In this document: positions 7,633 through 17,400 of the stretch, one piece after another
How the letters are laid out: the number at the start of each line of letters is the position of its first letter
How positions within the stretch are numbered: position 1 is the first letter of the stretch
Origin: a virus
Taxonomy: Duplodnaviria; Heunggongvirae; Uroviricota; Caudoviricetes
Length of the DNA stretch: 29,610 bases
IMG/VR virus record: IMGVR_UViG_3300028030_000006
Location: 1 to 29,610 of that record
Reading direction: 5' to 3' (one strand)
The notes under the pieces: generated by a model
Seen by the model: the letters and a program-made list of their open reading frames with translations, nothing else
What the model was told of the DNA's origin: nothing
Databases searched by the model: none
Translations under genes and position numbers: made by a program

Positions 7633-8772
7633 ATGGGTAATATGAAAAAACAGCTAAAACTATTTCAGGATGCAGACTTTAAACTAGTAGACGTACAGAA
7701 GCGTGAAGCTTTAACTGCCGATGGCGGCTCTATGTCTATTAGTGATGCAGATGCTGAAGTGATTCTAATAGAAGGTTATGCTTCTGTCTTCTCTAATCCT
7801 GATGGTACTAGATTGGTAGATAGAGACGATGAGAGCGTTTCAATTGAAACTCTTGATATATCTAACTACAAGAAAAACCCTATACTAGTGTTTAATCACG
7901 ATTGGGGTAATGTTGTAGGTAAATCTATAGAAGTCACTAAAGACGCTACAGGTTTATTTATTAGGGCTGAGGTTCACAGGTTTACAGGCAAAGAAGATAT
8001 CTTTGAAGCTGTACAGAAAGGAATCTTAAAGTCACTAAGTCTAGGATTTGTACCTAAACGCTTCAACTATATAGAAGATAAAGACATCTTTGAGATTCTA
8101 GATGCAGAACTTGTGGAGATATCATTAGCTCCAGTACAGTCAAACCAAGATGCAATTTTTCAAGTATACGGACAAAAAAGCTTAGGGATTGCTACAAAGA
8201 CTATTAAAGATCAGACAGATTTAACTTGCGACGAATTAACAGGTATGTGCGAGTTAACTAAAAATATAAAAGGAAAAGTAATGAGTAAAGACGTTGAACA
8301 ACCTAAGGAAGAGCCTAAAGCAGAACCTAAGGAAGAGCCTAAAGAGCAACCTAAGGAAGAACCTAAAGCAGAACCTAAGGAAGAACCTAAAGCAGAACCT
8401 AAGGAAGAGCCTAAGGAAGAGCCTAAGGAAGAGCCTAAAGAGCAGGCTGGAGAGTTAGATGTACAAAAATTGGCAGAAGCTGTACAGGCTGCTGCAGAAT
8501 TAGCAGCTACTAAACGTGCTGAGAAAGAAGCTCAGGAAGAGGCTGAACGATTAGCTCAAGAAGAGGCTGAAAAAGCAGCTGCAGCTCAACGTGTAGAGAA
8601 CGCTTTGTCTTTCATCAAGGAGCAGCGTGCTAAGATTGAGGAAACTCCGGTAGCGGACTTAGAGTTAGATGATTTTTCGGAATTATATGAATTACTTACA
8701 GAGACTGTTGAAGTTATCGACAGTAAAGTTATTGAAGCTGTTCAAGGGTTAGAAACTCAGCCAGCAGAATAG
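7633..8772 (+). CDS. HK97-type prohead protease fused to a C-terminal scaffold-like domain (true start may be ATG 7642)
   Basis: IEGYASVF...LVFNHDW...VGK...LKSLSLGF...LVEISLAPVQSNQDA are typical prohead protease motifs. The C-terminal part is acidic, repetitive and coiled-coil-like. Confidence 0.92.
   Translation: MGNMKKQLKLFQDADFKLVDVQKREALTADGGSMSISDADAEVILIEGYASVFSNPDGTRLVDRDDESVSIETLDISNYKKNPILVFNHDWGNVVGKSIEVTKDATGLFIRAEVHRFTGKEDIFEAVQKGILKSLSLGFVPKRFNYIEDKDIFEILDAELVEISLAPVQSNQDAIFQVYGQKSLGIATKTIKDQTDLTCDELTGMCELTKNIKGKVMSKDVEQPKEEPKAEPKEEPKEQPKEEPKAEPKEEPKAEPKEEPKEEPKEEPKEQAGELDVQKLAEAVQAAAELAATKRAEKEAQEEAERLAQEEAEKAAAAQRVENALSFIKEQRAKIEETPVADLELDDFSELYELLTETVEVIDSKVIEAVQGLETQPAE
8281..8772 (+). 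CDS. Putative nested in-frame scaffolding protein (163 aa) with its own RBS
   Basis: AAGGA (8270-8274), 6 nt, then ATG 8281, in frame with the protease (offset 648 nt). Begins MSKDVEQPKEE. Confidence 0.6.
   Translation: MSKDVEQPKEEPKAEPKEEPKEQPKEEPKAEPKEEPKAEPKEEPKEEPKEEPKEQAGELDVQKLAEAVQAAAELAATKRAEKEAQEEAERLAQEEAEKAAAAQRVENALSFIKEQRAKIEETPVADLELDDFSELYELLTETVEVIDSKVIEAVQGLETQPAE
8302..8445 (+). repeat. Twelve 12-nt coding repeats encoding PK(E/A)(E/Q)
   Basis: cctaa(g/a)g(a/c)(a/g)(g/c)a(a/g) units; protein PKEEPKAEPKEEPKEQ... Confidence 0.95.
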
Positions 8773-8820
8773 ATTACTTTTGGAGAGGCGTCGCCATAAA
8801 GACCGCAATCTTAAAATACT

Positions 8821-8832
8821 GGGTAATTACCC
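8821..8832. promoter_or_regulatory. Perfect 12-bp palindrome GGGTAATTACCC immediately 5' of the capsid RBS
   Basis: Read directly; followed by TAAAGGAATAAATATG. Confidence 0.7.
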
Positions 8833-8845
8833 TAAAGGAATAAAT

Positions 8846-10078
8846 ATGGCAAAATTAAGTGATGTTATTGCTAAAGCAGTAAAAGACGTAAAGAGTGACG
8901 CTAAACAAGGTCTAGTAGCCTCTGCTAAATCAGTGGGTACATCAGTACCAAAACCTGAAGGTACATTAGGTACTAAAAGTTTATCTGGTGATGCTGGAAA
9001 ACTTGCTGAGCTAGGTTTTATTGCTAAAACACTTCGTGGTGGTAAGCTTGCGGATGTTGATGCAAAAGATTTGAATGCTCGTGCTAAAGCGGTTGGTGTA
9101 ACTGGAGACTTGTCTGAAGCATTGCCTGATGGTTTTACTGGTTCTTTACTTCGTGATATTCAAGAAGAATTGAATGTAGCTAAACTGTTTAAAGCAAAAC
9201 AAGTTAAAGGTGGTGTGGCACATGATCTTATTGCACTATATGGTATCTCTGCATACTTAAACTCAGAAGCAACTGATGGTGTTGATAGTGGTGAAAGTTA
9301 TACTACTTTCGTAGCTACTACTAATAAAGTAATGTCTGTTGTTCGTAAGTCTTATGAGTTGCTTGATGATTCTTTGATTGATATCGCTGCGGAAGTTCGT
9401 ACTGGTATAGTACGTGCAATTGCTGAAGCTGTTGAAGAAACTGTAATCAATGGAGATATTGCTGGTACTCAAGATGCTGGTACAGCTGCTAACTCAGCGG
9501 TTAAAGTATCTAATGGTTTACGTAAAACTGCATTAGGTAAAGGTACAGTTGACTTTGGTGGTGCTGCGTATACGGAAGATGACTTCCTAGGGTTCATTAC
9601 ACAAATGCAACTTCTTGGTGGTGTATATCTCGACCAACGTGCTGTAGCTCGTGGTGATGTTGTCCTTGTAATAGACCAACATACGTACGGTAAAATCAGA
9701 GCGTTCAAGTCTTACAAAACTTTAGATACTGCAGGTAGTATGGCTACATTGTTTGGCGGTAAAGTTGAGACTATTTTCGATATTCCTATCGTTGTAACTT
9801 CAGGCCTTCCTGCTGTTAATGCTTCTGGTGTTGTTGATGCAACTGCAGCTAACAATACACTAAGTACTTGTGTTCTTGCAAATATAGCAACATTCCGTTT
9901 ATCTATGAATGGTAATGTTATTTCTGAATCTGATCGTAATATCGTGAATCAAACATTTGTTTATACAGGTAGTTTGAGATATGGTTTCAGTTCTGTGTAT
10001 GATTCAACTGACTCTGCACCAAATACTATCGTAGCTTCTTATAAGAATGCTATTGCTGGTATCAATATGGCTCGCTAA
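8846..10078 (+). CDS. Major capsid protein, HK97 fold (410 aa; start moved from 8780 to 8846)
   Basis: AAAGGA RBS before MAKLSD. Follows the protease. Segments LPDGFTGSLLRDIQ, SYELLDDS, EETVINGD and IFDIPIVVT are typical of HK97-like capsids. Confidence 0.9.
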   Translation: MAKLSDVIAKAVKDVKSDAKQGLVASAKSVGTSVPKPEGTLGTKSLSGDAGKLAELGFIAKTLRGGKLADVDAKDLNARAKAVGVTGDLSEALPDGFTGSLLRDIQEELNVAKLFKAKQVKGGVAHDLIALYGISAYLNSEATDGVDSGESYTTFVATTNKVMSVVRKSYELLDDSLIDIAAEVRTGIVRAIAEAVEETVINGDIAGTQDAGTAANSAVKVSNGLRKTALGKGTVDFGGAAYTEDDFLGFITQMQLLGGVYLDQRAVARGDVVLVIDQHTYGKIRAFKSYKTLDTAGSMATLFGGKVETIFDIPIVVTSGLPAVNASGVVDATAANNTLSTCVLANIATFRLSMNGNVISESDRNIVNQTFVYTGSLRYGFSSVYDSTDSAPNTIVASYKNAIAGINMAR

Positions 10079-10091
10079 GCGTAGCTGTATA

Positions 10092-10160
10092 AGCTAAGGA
10101 GGATAATACCTCCTAAGCTGCATGATAAGCCCTTAGTGAAGAGTTTATTATGAGGCTTAT
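10092..10160 (+). terminator. Two adjacent hairpins after the capsid gene (attenuator/stabiliser candidates)
   Basis: AGCT.AGGAGG-ATAATA-CCTCCT.AGCT (10092-10119) and ATAAGCC...GGCTTAT (10125-10160). No strong U-tract. Confidence 0.5.
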
Positions 10161-10184
10161 AACTTAATTTACTAAAGGAACAAT

Positions 10185-10391
10185 ATGGTTATCATATATG
10201 AAGCACCTAGTGCTATGAATTCTAAAGGTATTACATTTACCAACGGCCAGTACACTGTATCTGATACTGTTGGCGAGTACCTACTTAAAACTTTTCCACA
10301 AAAGTTTAGAGACGTGACACCTAAGCCTATTAAACCAGCTAAGGCTACATCTAAACGTGCAGCTAAAAAGCCTAGCAACGAAAACGAGTAA
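10185..10391 (+). CDS. Small hypothetical head-region protein with a basic low-complexity tail
   Basis: AAAGGA RBS; typical position between the capsid and head-completion genes. Confidence 0.8.
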   Translation: MVIIYEAPSAMNSKGITFTNGQYTVSDTVGEYLLKTFPQKFRDVTPKPIKPAKATSKRAAKKPSNENE

Positions 10392-10401
10392 AGGATAATA
10401 C

Positions 10402-10941
10402 ATGGCAGCTTCAGACTTCTCATTTCAAGATTACTTACTATACACTGGAGCTACTGATGCTAATATTTACTTATACTCAACAGTCGCAAGTGGTGTATTA
10501 GGTGTTCTTAATAATGAGTATAATATTTATCCAGTTCAGGAAAGTATTACTAAAACATTATTTATAGATAGTACGTCATTTAGATTACTAGCTACACCTG
10601 TGGTCAGTATTACTAGTCTTACTTACGATGGTGCGGTTATTGACCCAGCACTTTATACATGGTATGGTGAAGAGGTTACACTATCTACACCAATAACAGA
10701 TTATAAGAAGCCTATCACTGCTGTATTATCTGTAGGCTATGTGGTAATACCTCAAGATCTAAAACTTGCAATATATCAACACATAGATGCAGTTATATTC
10801 GCTATACAAAAACAGACAGACAGTATCCAGAAAGTAGTTAATAGTACTGGTAATACGACATTCTATAGAGATACGGCTATACCTAAAAGAGTATTAGCTG
10901 TCTATGAATATTACTCAGCACGTACGCAAGTGATGTTCTGA
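10402..10941 (+). CDS. Head-tail connector / head completion protein
   Basis: Synteny and size (179 aa). LSVGYVVIPQDLKLAIYQ resembles the GY..vP.dlk.A motif of adaptor proteins. Confidence 0.75.
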   Translation: MAASDFSFQDYLLYTGATDANIYLYSTVASGVLGVLNNEYNIYPVQESITKTLFIDSTSFRLLATPVVSITSLTYDGAVIDPALYTWYGEEVTLSTPITDYKKPITAVLSVGYVVIPQDLKLAIYQHIDAVIFAIQKQTDSIQKVVNSTGNTTFYRDTAIPKRVLAVYEYYSARTQVMF

Positions 10942-11414
10942 TGGGTTTTGCTGATGACTTACACACTAAGATAGAAAATCTTGTATTTCGACAAGGAGTT
11001 CATTTAGCAGAACGTCGGATAGCTAGAATTAAGGAAGGTTTTAGACGTACAGTGATTCATTGGCGTCTAGAAACTAAGATTCTTCTCAGTAAACCAGCTT
11101 GGAAAGAGCGTGGTAGATGGGTAAAGAATACCGATGATATGCCACACAGACGTACTGGGAATTTGTTAAGATCAATACCACTATACAAGATTACAGCACG
11201 TAAAACAGTTGGACCATTGAGACAAAAGCTTATGTTGGGCGAAACTAATATTCAACTCAAAGCTATATTACGACCGCCATGGACAACATATGGAGAGACA
11301 CTAAACAACTGGGGTAAATATCAAAAAGGCACAAAATTAACGAACTGGAAAGATAGAGCATACCAAAGATTAGATGATCTATTAGAGGCTCGTATAAGGA
11401 GTTATGAATTATGA
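10941..11414 (+). CDS. HK97 gp10-like neck / tail completion protein
   Basis: Basic protein with PHRRTGNLLRSI (P..TG.L..SI motif) and a downstream YG; synteny. Confidence 0.7.
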   Translation: MGFADDLHTKIENLVFRQGVHLAERRIARIKEGFRRTVIHWRLETKILLSKPAWKERGRWVKNTDDMPHRRTGNLLRSIPLYKITARKTVGPLRQKLMLGETNIQLKAILRPPWTTYGETLNNWGKYQKGTKLTNWKDRAYQRLDDLLEARIRSYEL

Positions 11415-11827
11415 CATTACATGCTAGTATTATGAGAGATATGGTGGAGATTTTAAATACGGTTAAAAGTATACAAAATGTGCAGTTTGGTAACCATAAA
11501 CCGTTAGATCAAGAACGTTCGTGGTCGTCTGTATATATTATTCCTGGTGCAGATACTTTCTCACCTAGAGTACTTAATACTACTATAGCTGGGTACGATA
11601 ATTCTTTTTTTGTTCGATGTTTAGTAAATGTAAATAATGATCAGGATTCCACAGAATGGTGTACAGTACGTGATGATATTATCCAAGCTGTACTTAAAGA
11701 TAGTGAATTGTGGACTCATATCGTTGATCGGGATGTGGTTAATGTGATTTATGATGATATGACGTCATTCCCAGCGCTGACTATGGAGATTGTATTTGAA
11801 TTCCGTATACGAGAGACTTGCACGTAG
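11411..11827 (+). CDS. Tail terminator protein (probable)
   Basis: 138 aa, acidic, immediately before the tail tube gene; ends in a beta-strand (EIVFEFRI). Confidence 0.65.
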   Translation: MTLHASIMRDMVEILNTVKSIQNVQFGNHKPLDQERSWSSVYIIPGADTFSPRVLNTTIAGYDNSFFVRCLVNVNNDQDSTEWCTVRDDIIQAVLKDSELWTHIVDRDVVNVIYDDMTSFPALTMEIVFEFRIRETCT

Positions 11828-11895
11828 TGCCTAGACAGCTCCAGTCTATAACAGCATAACCCTCTGCAGAGAGTTACAAATTTATGTAAGGATAT

Positions 11896-13062
11896 ATGAT
11901 GGCATATATAGATAAAAGTGCTCAATGGAGCATTACAAAAGAAGATTCATACGGAGATAAAAAAGCTCCAACATTGCCGGCTGATTTAGTTGAAGTGATT
12001 AACCCGTCGCTAACACAGACTACTGATATGATTGATAGAGAAGTATTGACTAACTCTATGGTAAAAGCTAAACCACTACGCGGTAAGGAAACTAGTTCAG
12101 GTTCCCTGGAAATTGAGTTATCTACTGTTGCAAGTGGAGTTCTTAATGGTGACTTACTTTACCAATCAGCGTTCGGTCATAAGATTGCGCCTGTCGCAGC
12201 TACATCAGGTAGTGCGTCTACATCTGGAAGTGAAAGTGTAATTACATTCGATATAGCATCAGATGCTGATAACTACGAAGTTGGTCAAGCAATTAAAGCA
12301 ACTGGCGGAGCTACTGCCGAATATGCAGTTGTTCGTTCAATTTCTGCTGGTACCTCTATTACAGTATCTCCAGCTATCAGTACGAGTCAAACGTCGTTTG
12401 GTGGTTTACTATCATACACTATTGCTCGTCCTGATGCTGATCAGATATCGCTAGCAATCCAAGAGTATATTGAAGGCTCATCTAGAGTAGAGTATACAAC
12501 TGGTGGTTTGGTTGTTACTGATATGACTATTACGTTCCCTATTGCTAACGTTGCAAAAGCTTCGTTTAATTTAGCAGGTGCAGGGTTTAGTGTTAAGGAA
12601 GATGGTGTTAATGGAGCAACTGTAGCTAATCGTGCGCCAGCTTGTCTGTCATTCACTCCATACGTGTCTAAAAATATGACATTCAAGTATGCTGGCCAAA
12701 ACTATGATATTGAGAACCTAGAAGTTAAAGTAGCATCTGATATTTATGATACAGAAGCACTAACAACAGACGGACTTACAAATAAAACAGCTACTGGTAA
12801 ATCAGAAGTTGGTGGTACATTTGGACTAGAATACTTAGGTACTACACTCTTTAGTAAGTTTAAATCAGGTACAACTGGTGAGCTATTTGGTACTATATCT
12901 AATGCTAACTCAACTGCTTTAGTATATGCACCAAAAGTAGTACTTACTGAGTCTACTAAAACTCCAGATAATGGTGTATATAAAGAAACAGTAAAATACG
13001 CTTGTCTTAGCTCTAATTGTGCTGATACAAGTGAAGATGCTATTACAGTAGCTTTTGAGTAA
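11896..13062 (+). CDS. Major tail tube protein with an inserted Ser/Thr/Ala-rich beta domain
   Basis: 388 aa, KEDSYGD...GSLEIEL, AAGGA RBS, followed by a terminator. No sheath gene nearby. Confidence 0.85.
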   Translation: MMAYIDKSAQWSITKEDSYGDKKAPTLPADLVEVINPSLTQTTDMIDREVLTNSMVKAKPLRGKETSSGSLEIELSTVASGVLNGDLLYQSAFGHKIAPVAATSGSASTSGSESVITFDIASDADNYEVGQAIKATGGATAEYAVVRSISAGTSITVSPAISTSQTSFGGLLSYTIARPDADQISLAIQEYIEGSSRVEYTTGGLVVTDMTITFPIANVAKASFNLAGAGFSVKEDGVNGATVANRAPACLSFTPYVSKNMTFKYAGQNYDIENLEVKVASDIYDTEALTTDGLTNKTATGKSEVGGTFGLEYLGTTLFSKFKSGTTGELFGTISNANSTALVYAPKVVLTESTKTPDNGVYKETVKYACLSSNCADTSEDAITVAFE

Positions 13063-13064
13063 GG

Positions 13065-13091
13065 TATGCCGGACATTTTCCGGCATATTTA
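13065..13091 (+). terminator. Rho-independent terminator after the tail tube gene
   Basis: TATGCCGGA-CATTT-TCCGGCATA followed by TTTT. Confidence 0.8.
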
Positions 13092-13147
13092 GTACATGAA
13101 ATGGTATATAACTACAAAAATGTCATTTATTAGTAATAAGGTTTAAT

Positions 13148-13175
13148 GACGATTAGACTTAGACGATTAATCGTC
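13148..13175. promoter_or_regulatory. Perfect 14-bp palindrome GACGATTAATCGTC preceded by an extra GACGATTA half-site
   Basis: Palindrome at 13162-13175; direct repeat of its left half at 13148-13155. Confidence 0.7.
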
Positions 13176-13223
13176 CTTAAACTTTATTCATTAAAGTATA
13201 TCTATAGATAAGAAGGAGCCATA

Positions 13224-13652
13224 ATGGCATTAATTTTTAATGAAGACCTATCAGAAGGTTTTAAATACATAATCGAGTCGGAACGTGATGCTAAAAATCC
13301 GTTCTCAGTAACTATCAAACCAATTGATTCAGTACGTTTAGTCACGTTGGAAGATGGACTACTTAAACGAGGCCAAGATAACTCAGTAAGTGTTGCTACA
13401 GGTAGTTATAATATATCATTGTGCCTCAATGCAATTACTGATTGGGAAAACATGGTAGACGGAAAAGGTAAGGCCATTGCAATGGTTAAAGACATCAAAG
13501 GTTACATATCTCAAGAATCTTTAGAGATGATACCAACTAGCGTTATTACTGAATTAGCTGAAGTTATTGCTTCAGTATCCCAGGACCCATCAACTATCCA
13601 AATTTTCAAAGCTGCTGATCCGGTAGCTAAAGATGATAAAACGGATAAGTAA
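13224..13652 (+). CDS. Tail assembly chaperone (lambda G-like position)
   Basis: 142 aa, acidic, between the tail tube and tape measure genes. AAGGAG RBS. Confidence 0.75.
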   Translation: MALIFNEDLSEGFKYIIESERDAKNPFSVTIKPIDSVRLVTLEDGLLKRGQDNSVSVATGSYNISLCLNAITDWENMVDGKGKAIAMVKDIKGYISQESLEMIPTSVITELAEVIASVSQDPSTIQIFKAADPVAKDDKTDK

Positions 13653-14359
13653 TGAGTAATCCATTTAAGTATGGATCTGCTACCCTATACAGAACTCCTG
13701 TATGGGTGTCACTGCCGTCTGACTCTGAGGTAAAACTGTTACTTAAACCACTCCCACATAAACTTCTTACTGAATACTCCGAACGTTCTTACATAATACA
13801 TAAATCAAAAGACTATACGCTCACTGATACTGTACATGAAGCTGTTGCAGCAGCAATTGTAGACACAATGAATACATTTGGTTTTCCTTCTAATACTCAG
13901 TTAGTAAACTCATTAAGTCTATCAGATTTACACTTTCTACACGATCGAGTTTTAGAGTTGAGTGTTGTGACGCAGGATCAAATGAAAGCAATGCGTGATA
14001 TGTTAGACATACAGATGCATAAAGATTTTTCAGACGATACATGGAACTGTATTGTATGCAAAGCCAAAGGCTTAGATTACGCAAGAGCTTGTGGATTTTT
14101 AGACAAAGATAAACGAGATCCAAAACCTCTTTTACCTATCGTTGCTGGAAAACGCTATACGGAATGTCCAATAGCTTCGTTAGATACATTTGTACTAAAT
14201 CAGATGGCGTTAGCTCATAATTTAATGGAGTTAGGTGTGCTACCAGAAGCTGGCGGGTTGGGAAATCAGTCAGATTGGTTTGTCCAAGCAGCTCTCATAT
14301 ATAAACGAAAAATGGTATCAATGGAGCAGCAAGCACTGGATGATGCAAAAAGCTCGTAA
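13652..14359 (+). CDS. Second tail assembly chaperone (GT-like) with a Cys cluster
   Basis: TAATG coupling. CIVC...C...C, then GVLPEAGGLGNQSDWF, resembling the C-terminal T-part motif of pre-tape-measure chaperones. Confidence 0.65.
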   Translation: MSNPFKYGSATLYRTPVWVSLPSDSEVKLLLKPLPHKLLTEYSERSYIIHKSKDYTLTDTVHEAVAAAIVDTMNTFGFPSNTQLVNSLSLSDLHFLHDRVLELSVVTQDQMKAMRDMLDIQMHKDFSDDTWNCIVCKAKGLDYARACGFLDKDKRDPKPLLPIVAGKRYTECPIASLDTFVLNQMALAHNLMELGVLPEAGGLGNQSDWFVQAALIYKRKMVSMEQQALDDAKSS

Positions 14360-14407
14360 AACGGATGGGATATCACCCCTAGTGATAATACAAATAAGGA
14401 ACACTAT

Positions 14408-17400
14408 ATGGCATTAGAACAAGATTTATCATTTAAAATTGTACCTGAATTATCACTAGACTCTATGTCTAAAGAGATCAATGACGCATTAAGTCTAGTT
14501 AAAAAACTTGAAGCAGAAAATAAAAAGCTATGGCAAGAGGCGGAAAAGTTAGCTAAAAGTTTTGAAAATACTTATGCGCCTAGTCTCAGAAAACAGAAGA
14601 CGCAACTAAAAGCGATACATAAAGTAATTGGAGATAACAATAAGGAACTAGCAAAAACTTCTGCACACTATAAAGGTCTTGTAACTTCATATAAACATAT
14701 ATCTGCTGAACTTGGTAATCAAGCAAGCCTAATGGCGAATTTATCCGGTAAAAGTAAACTAGTTGCTACATATGAAGAACAGCGTGCGAGAAATATTGAG
14801 GCAGTCAATAAAGCTTTATCCTCAATTACTAAAGCAACGGAAGTAAATCGTAAGAATACGTATACGGATGCTGAACAGCAAAAAATTATCGTTGATAGAC
14901 TTAAAGCACAAGTACATGAGCGTAAAAGAGCTCGTATTGAGGCAAATAAGCTAGCTCAGGTTGATACAAAAGGCTTTAAGCTTTTACATAAACAAGCTAG
15001 GACTATAGCGTTTAATAATAAACAAGAACGATTCGCATTACGCCAAAAAGAACGTGAACAAGCTAGAATTAACAGCCTTCGCATACGTGAACGTTTGGAG
15101 GCTAATAAGCTCGCAAAAGTTGACACAAAAGGCTTTAAGCTTCTACAAAAGAAAGCTGAAGATTTACAATGGCAGTTACGACTAGAAGAGAAATTAGCGA
15201 AAGCTAAAGAGAAAAACAACGCTTCTGGAGTCTCATCTACAACAACTGCTGTCCGTAAACAAACTAAAGCACTTAAGTCTGCAACTAAAGCTGTTGAAGC
15301 ACACCAAAGTTCTTGGCACAGACATTTAACGTATATGGAATCGACAGGCGTTGTATTGAAGTACGGTCTTATATCTAATGCGTTATATGGTATTGCCGGA
15401 AAGATTGGTGATGTAGTAAAGGAACTTATAGCTTATGACTCTGCTATTTATAATAATTCTGCTGTACTTGGTATTTCTACCGAACAAGCGAAAACGTTAG
15501 CTGACAACACACGTGAGCTAGCTAAAACCTATGGTGGGTCAATTGAAGACCTTGATAAAGTAACACTAACACTAGGTCGTGCTGGTGTTGAATATGAAAA
15601 TCTAGCTGCTGCTACAAAAGCCGTATCACAGATGGCTACAATTACTGGTGACTCTTTAACAAGGTCGTCAGAAGTTGTTAGTACATTTATTACAAACTTT
15701 AAAGATGCTGGTATTACTGTAGAGCAACTAGCAAATAAACTAGCGTTCGTAGCTAATGCAACTAAACAAACTACTGAAGATTTAGGTACATTTGCTAACT
15801 ATGGACTACAAACAGCTAAGTCATTAGGGCTAACTGTAGATACGACATTAGCTTTAGAGGCTACCTTATCACGTTTAGGTTATTCAGCATCTACTGTTGG
15901 TACTGAGATACAGAAACTGGATAAAGTTTTTAATACATCTACAACAAGTATGAATAGATTTTTCGACTTGATGTTTGATGGTAAAGGTAAAGCCGCTAAA
16001 AAGTCTTTCGTTGAGGCGTTAGCTAATAAAGATGAAGATGCATTATTACGATTTTCTGATGTCATCACTAATGTGCCATATGATACATTTCTAAAAGCAA
16101 CTGATGGTATGGAGATCCGTACTAAGAAAATGCTATTAGCCCTTCGTATGGGTAATAAGTTATTTCATAAATATTCTGAAGAAATAAAAAATGCTGCAGA
16201 CGTATCTGAACAGGCTAAAGCTAAAGCATTAGGTTTAGCGACTATCTTAGAGCGTGTTAATGCTGAATTTGTTACGATTTTTAACAAATTTGAAGGTAGA
16301 ACTTTAAACGCTATATTCCCAAGCAGGGATAAAATTACTGAAACACGTAATGAACTACAATACTTAGTCCAAGGCACCGATGAGTATAACGCTAAAATGC
16401 GTGAACTCACTAGACTAAATGCTGATGTACAAGATAGCTTAGATAACTTTTCTGATACTATGACAAATGTAGGATTAGGTGTATTAGGTGCCGTAGGTAG
16501 TTGGACTGCCTGGAAGATTGCTGTAAAATCACTAAAACCCTTAATAACAGATGTCGTGGTAGTAACCGAAGGTGCATTAGCTAGTTTAACAGCATTAGGT
16601 TATTCTACAGCTGCTAGTTTTGGAATAATTGGAGGTCTTTTAGCTGCTACTACCTTTACTGGTAATAAGCTGTATGATGTTTGGCAACAGTTAGATAGTA
16701 TTTCAGACAGTACTACTAAAAAGGAACTTCTAGAAAAACATTTAAATGACTGGAAGAACTATTATAGTAACGCAACTCGTATACAAGCAGAGTATAATAA
16801 GATATCTGCATCACTTAATGATAAAGATGCGCACAATACCGAAGAAAGTATAAAACGAAAACGCCAAGCATTGGAATTACTACGTAAAGAGTGGAAAAAG
16901 AATCAGGACGTTTTCAATTTAGGTACATCTGTTACTGGATTATCTAAAAATCATGATAAACTACTATCACCTAAAGAAGTCCAAGAAAAAGAATATGCAC
17001 TCAAACTAGAAAAAGAGCTAGCGACGCGTAAAGAATTAACTGCTGCTAACCTAGTTAAAGCTAAAAAGCAAAATCGTAAACTAGAATTAGCTTATTATGA
17101 TTCGCAAATAAAAGCACTAAAAGCAGGTAAAGAGTTTATAGCTCAAGAGGAATATCAACACAAATTAGCACTACAAAAGATCCAAATAGCACAGCTTGAA
17201 CAAGAGTTAATGAAAGACTCTAAACAAGCTAAAGATGCGCAATACAAAATTGATCGTATGAAACAGACTGAGGAAATACGACACCTAAAAGCTACACGTA
17301 CTATTAGAACTACTTTAGACCGTGAAGAAGAGCGTACCTTTAAGTATAAACGTAAAATGATTTTAGCTGAGGCTCAAAAAGCTGGTGCTGGTAAAACTAA

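Noticed and set aside
8780-8845. N-terminal 22 codons of the track capsid ORF
   Set aside because: The TTG start has no RBS, and the region holds a palindrome and the real RBS for ATG 8846.
13590-13654. Programmed -1 frameshift producing a G-T fusion
   Set aside because: No in-phase X XXY YYZ heptamer, and a -1 frame stop (TAA 13646-13648) precedes the second ORF.
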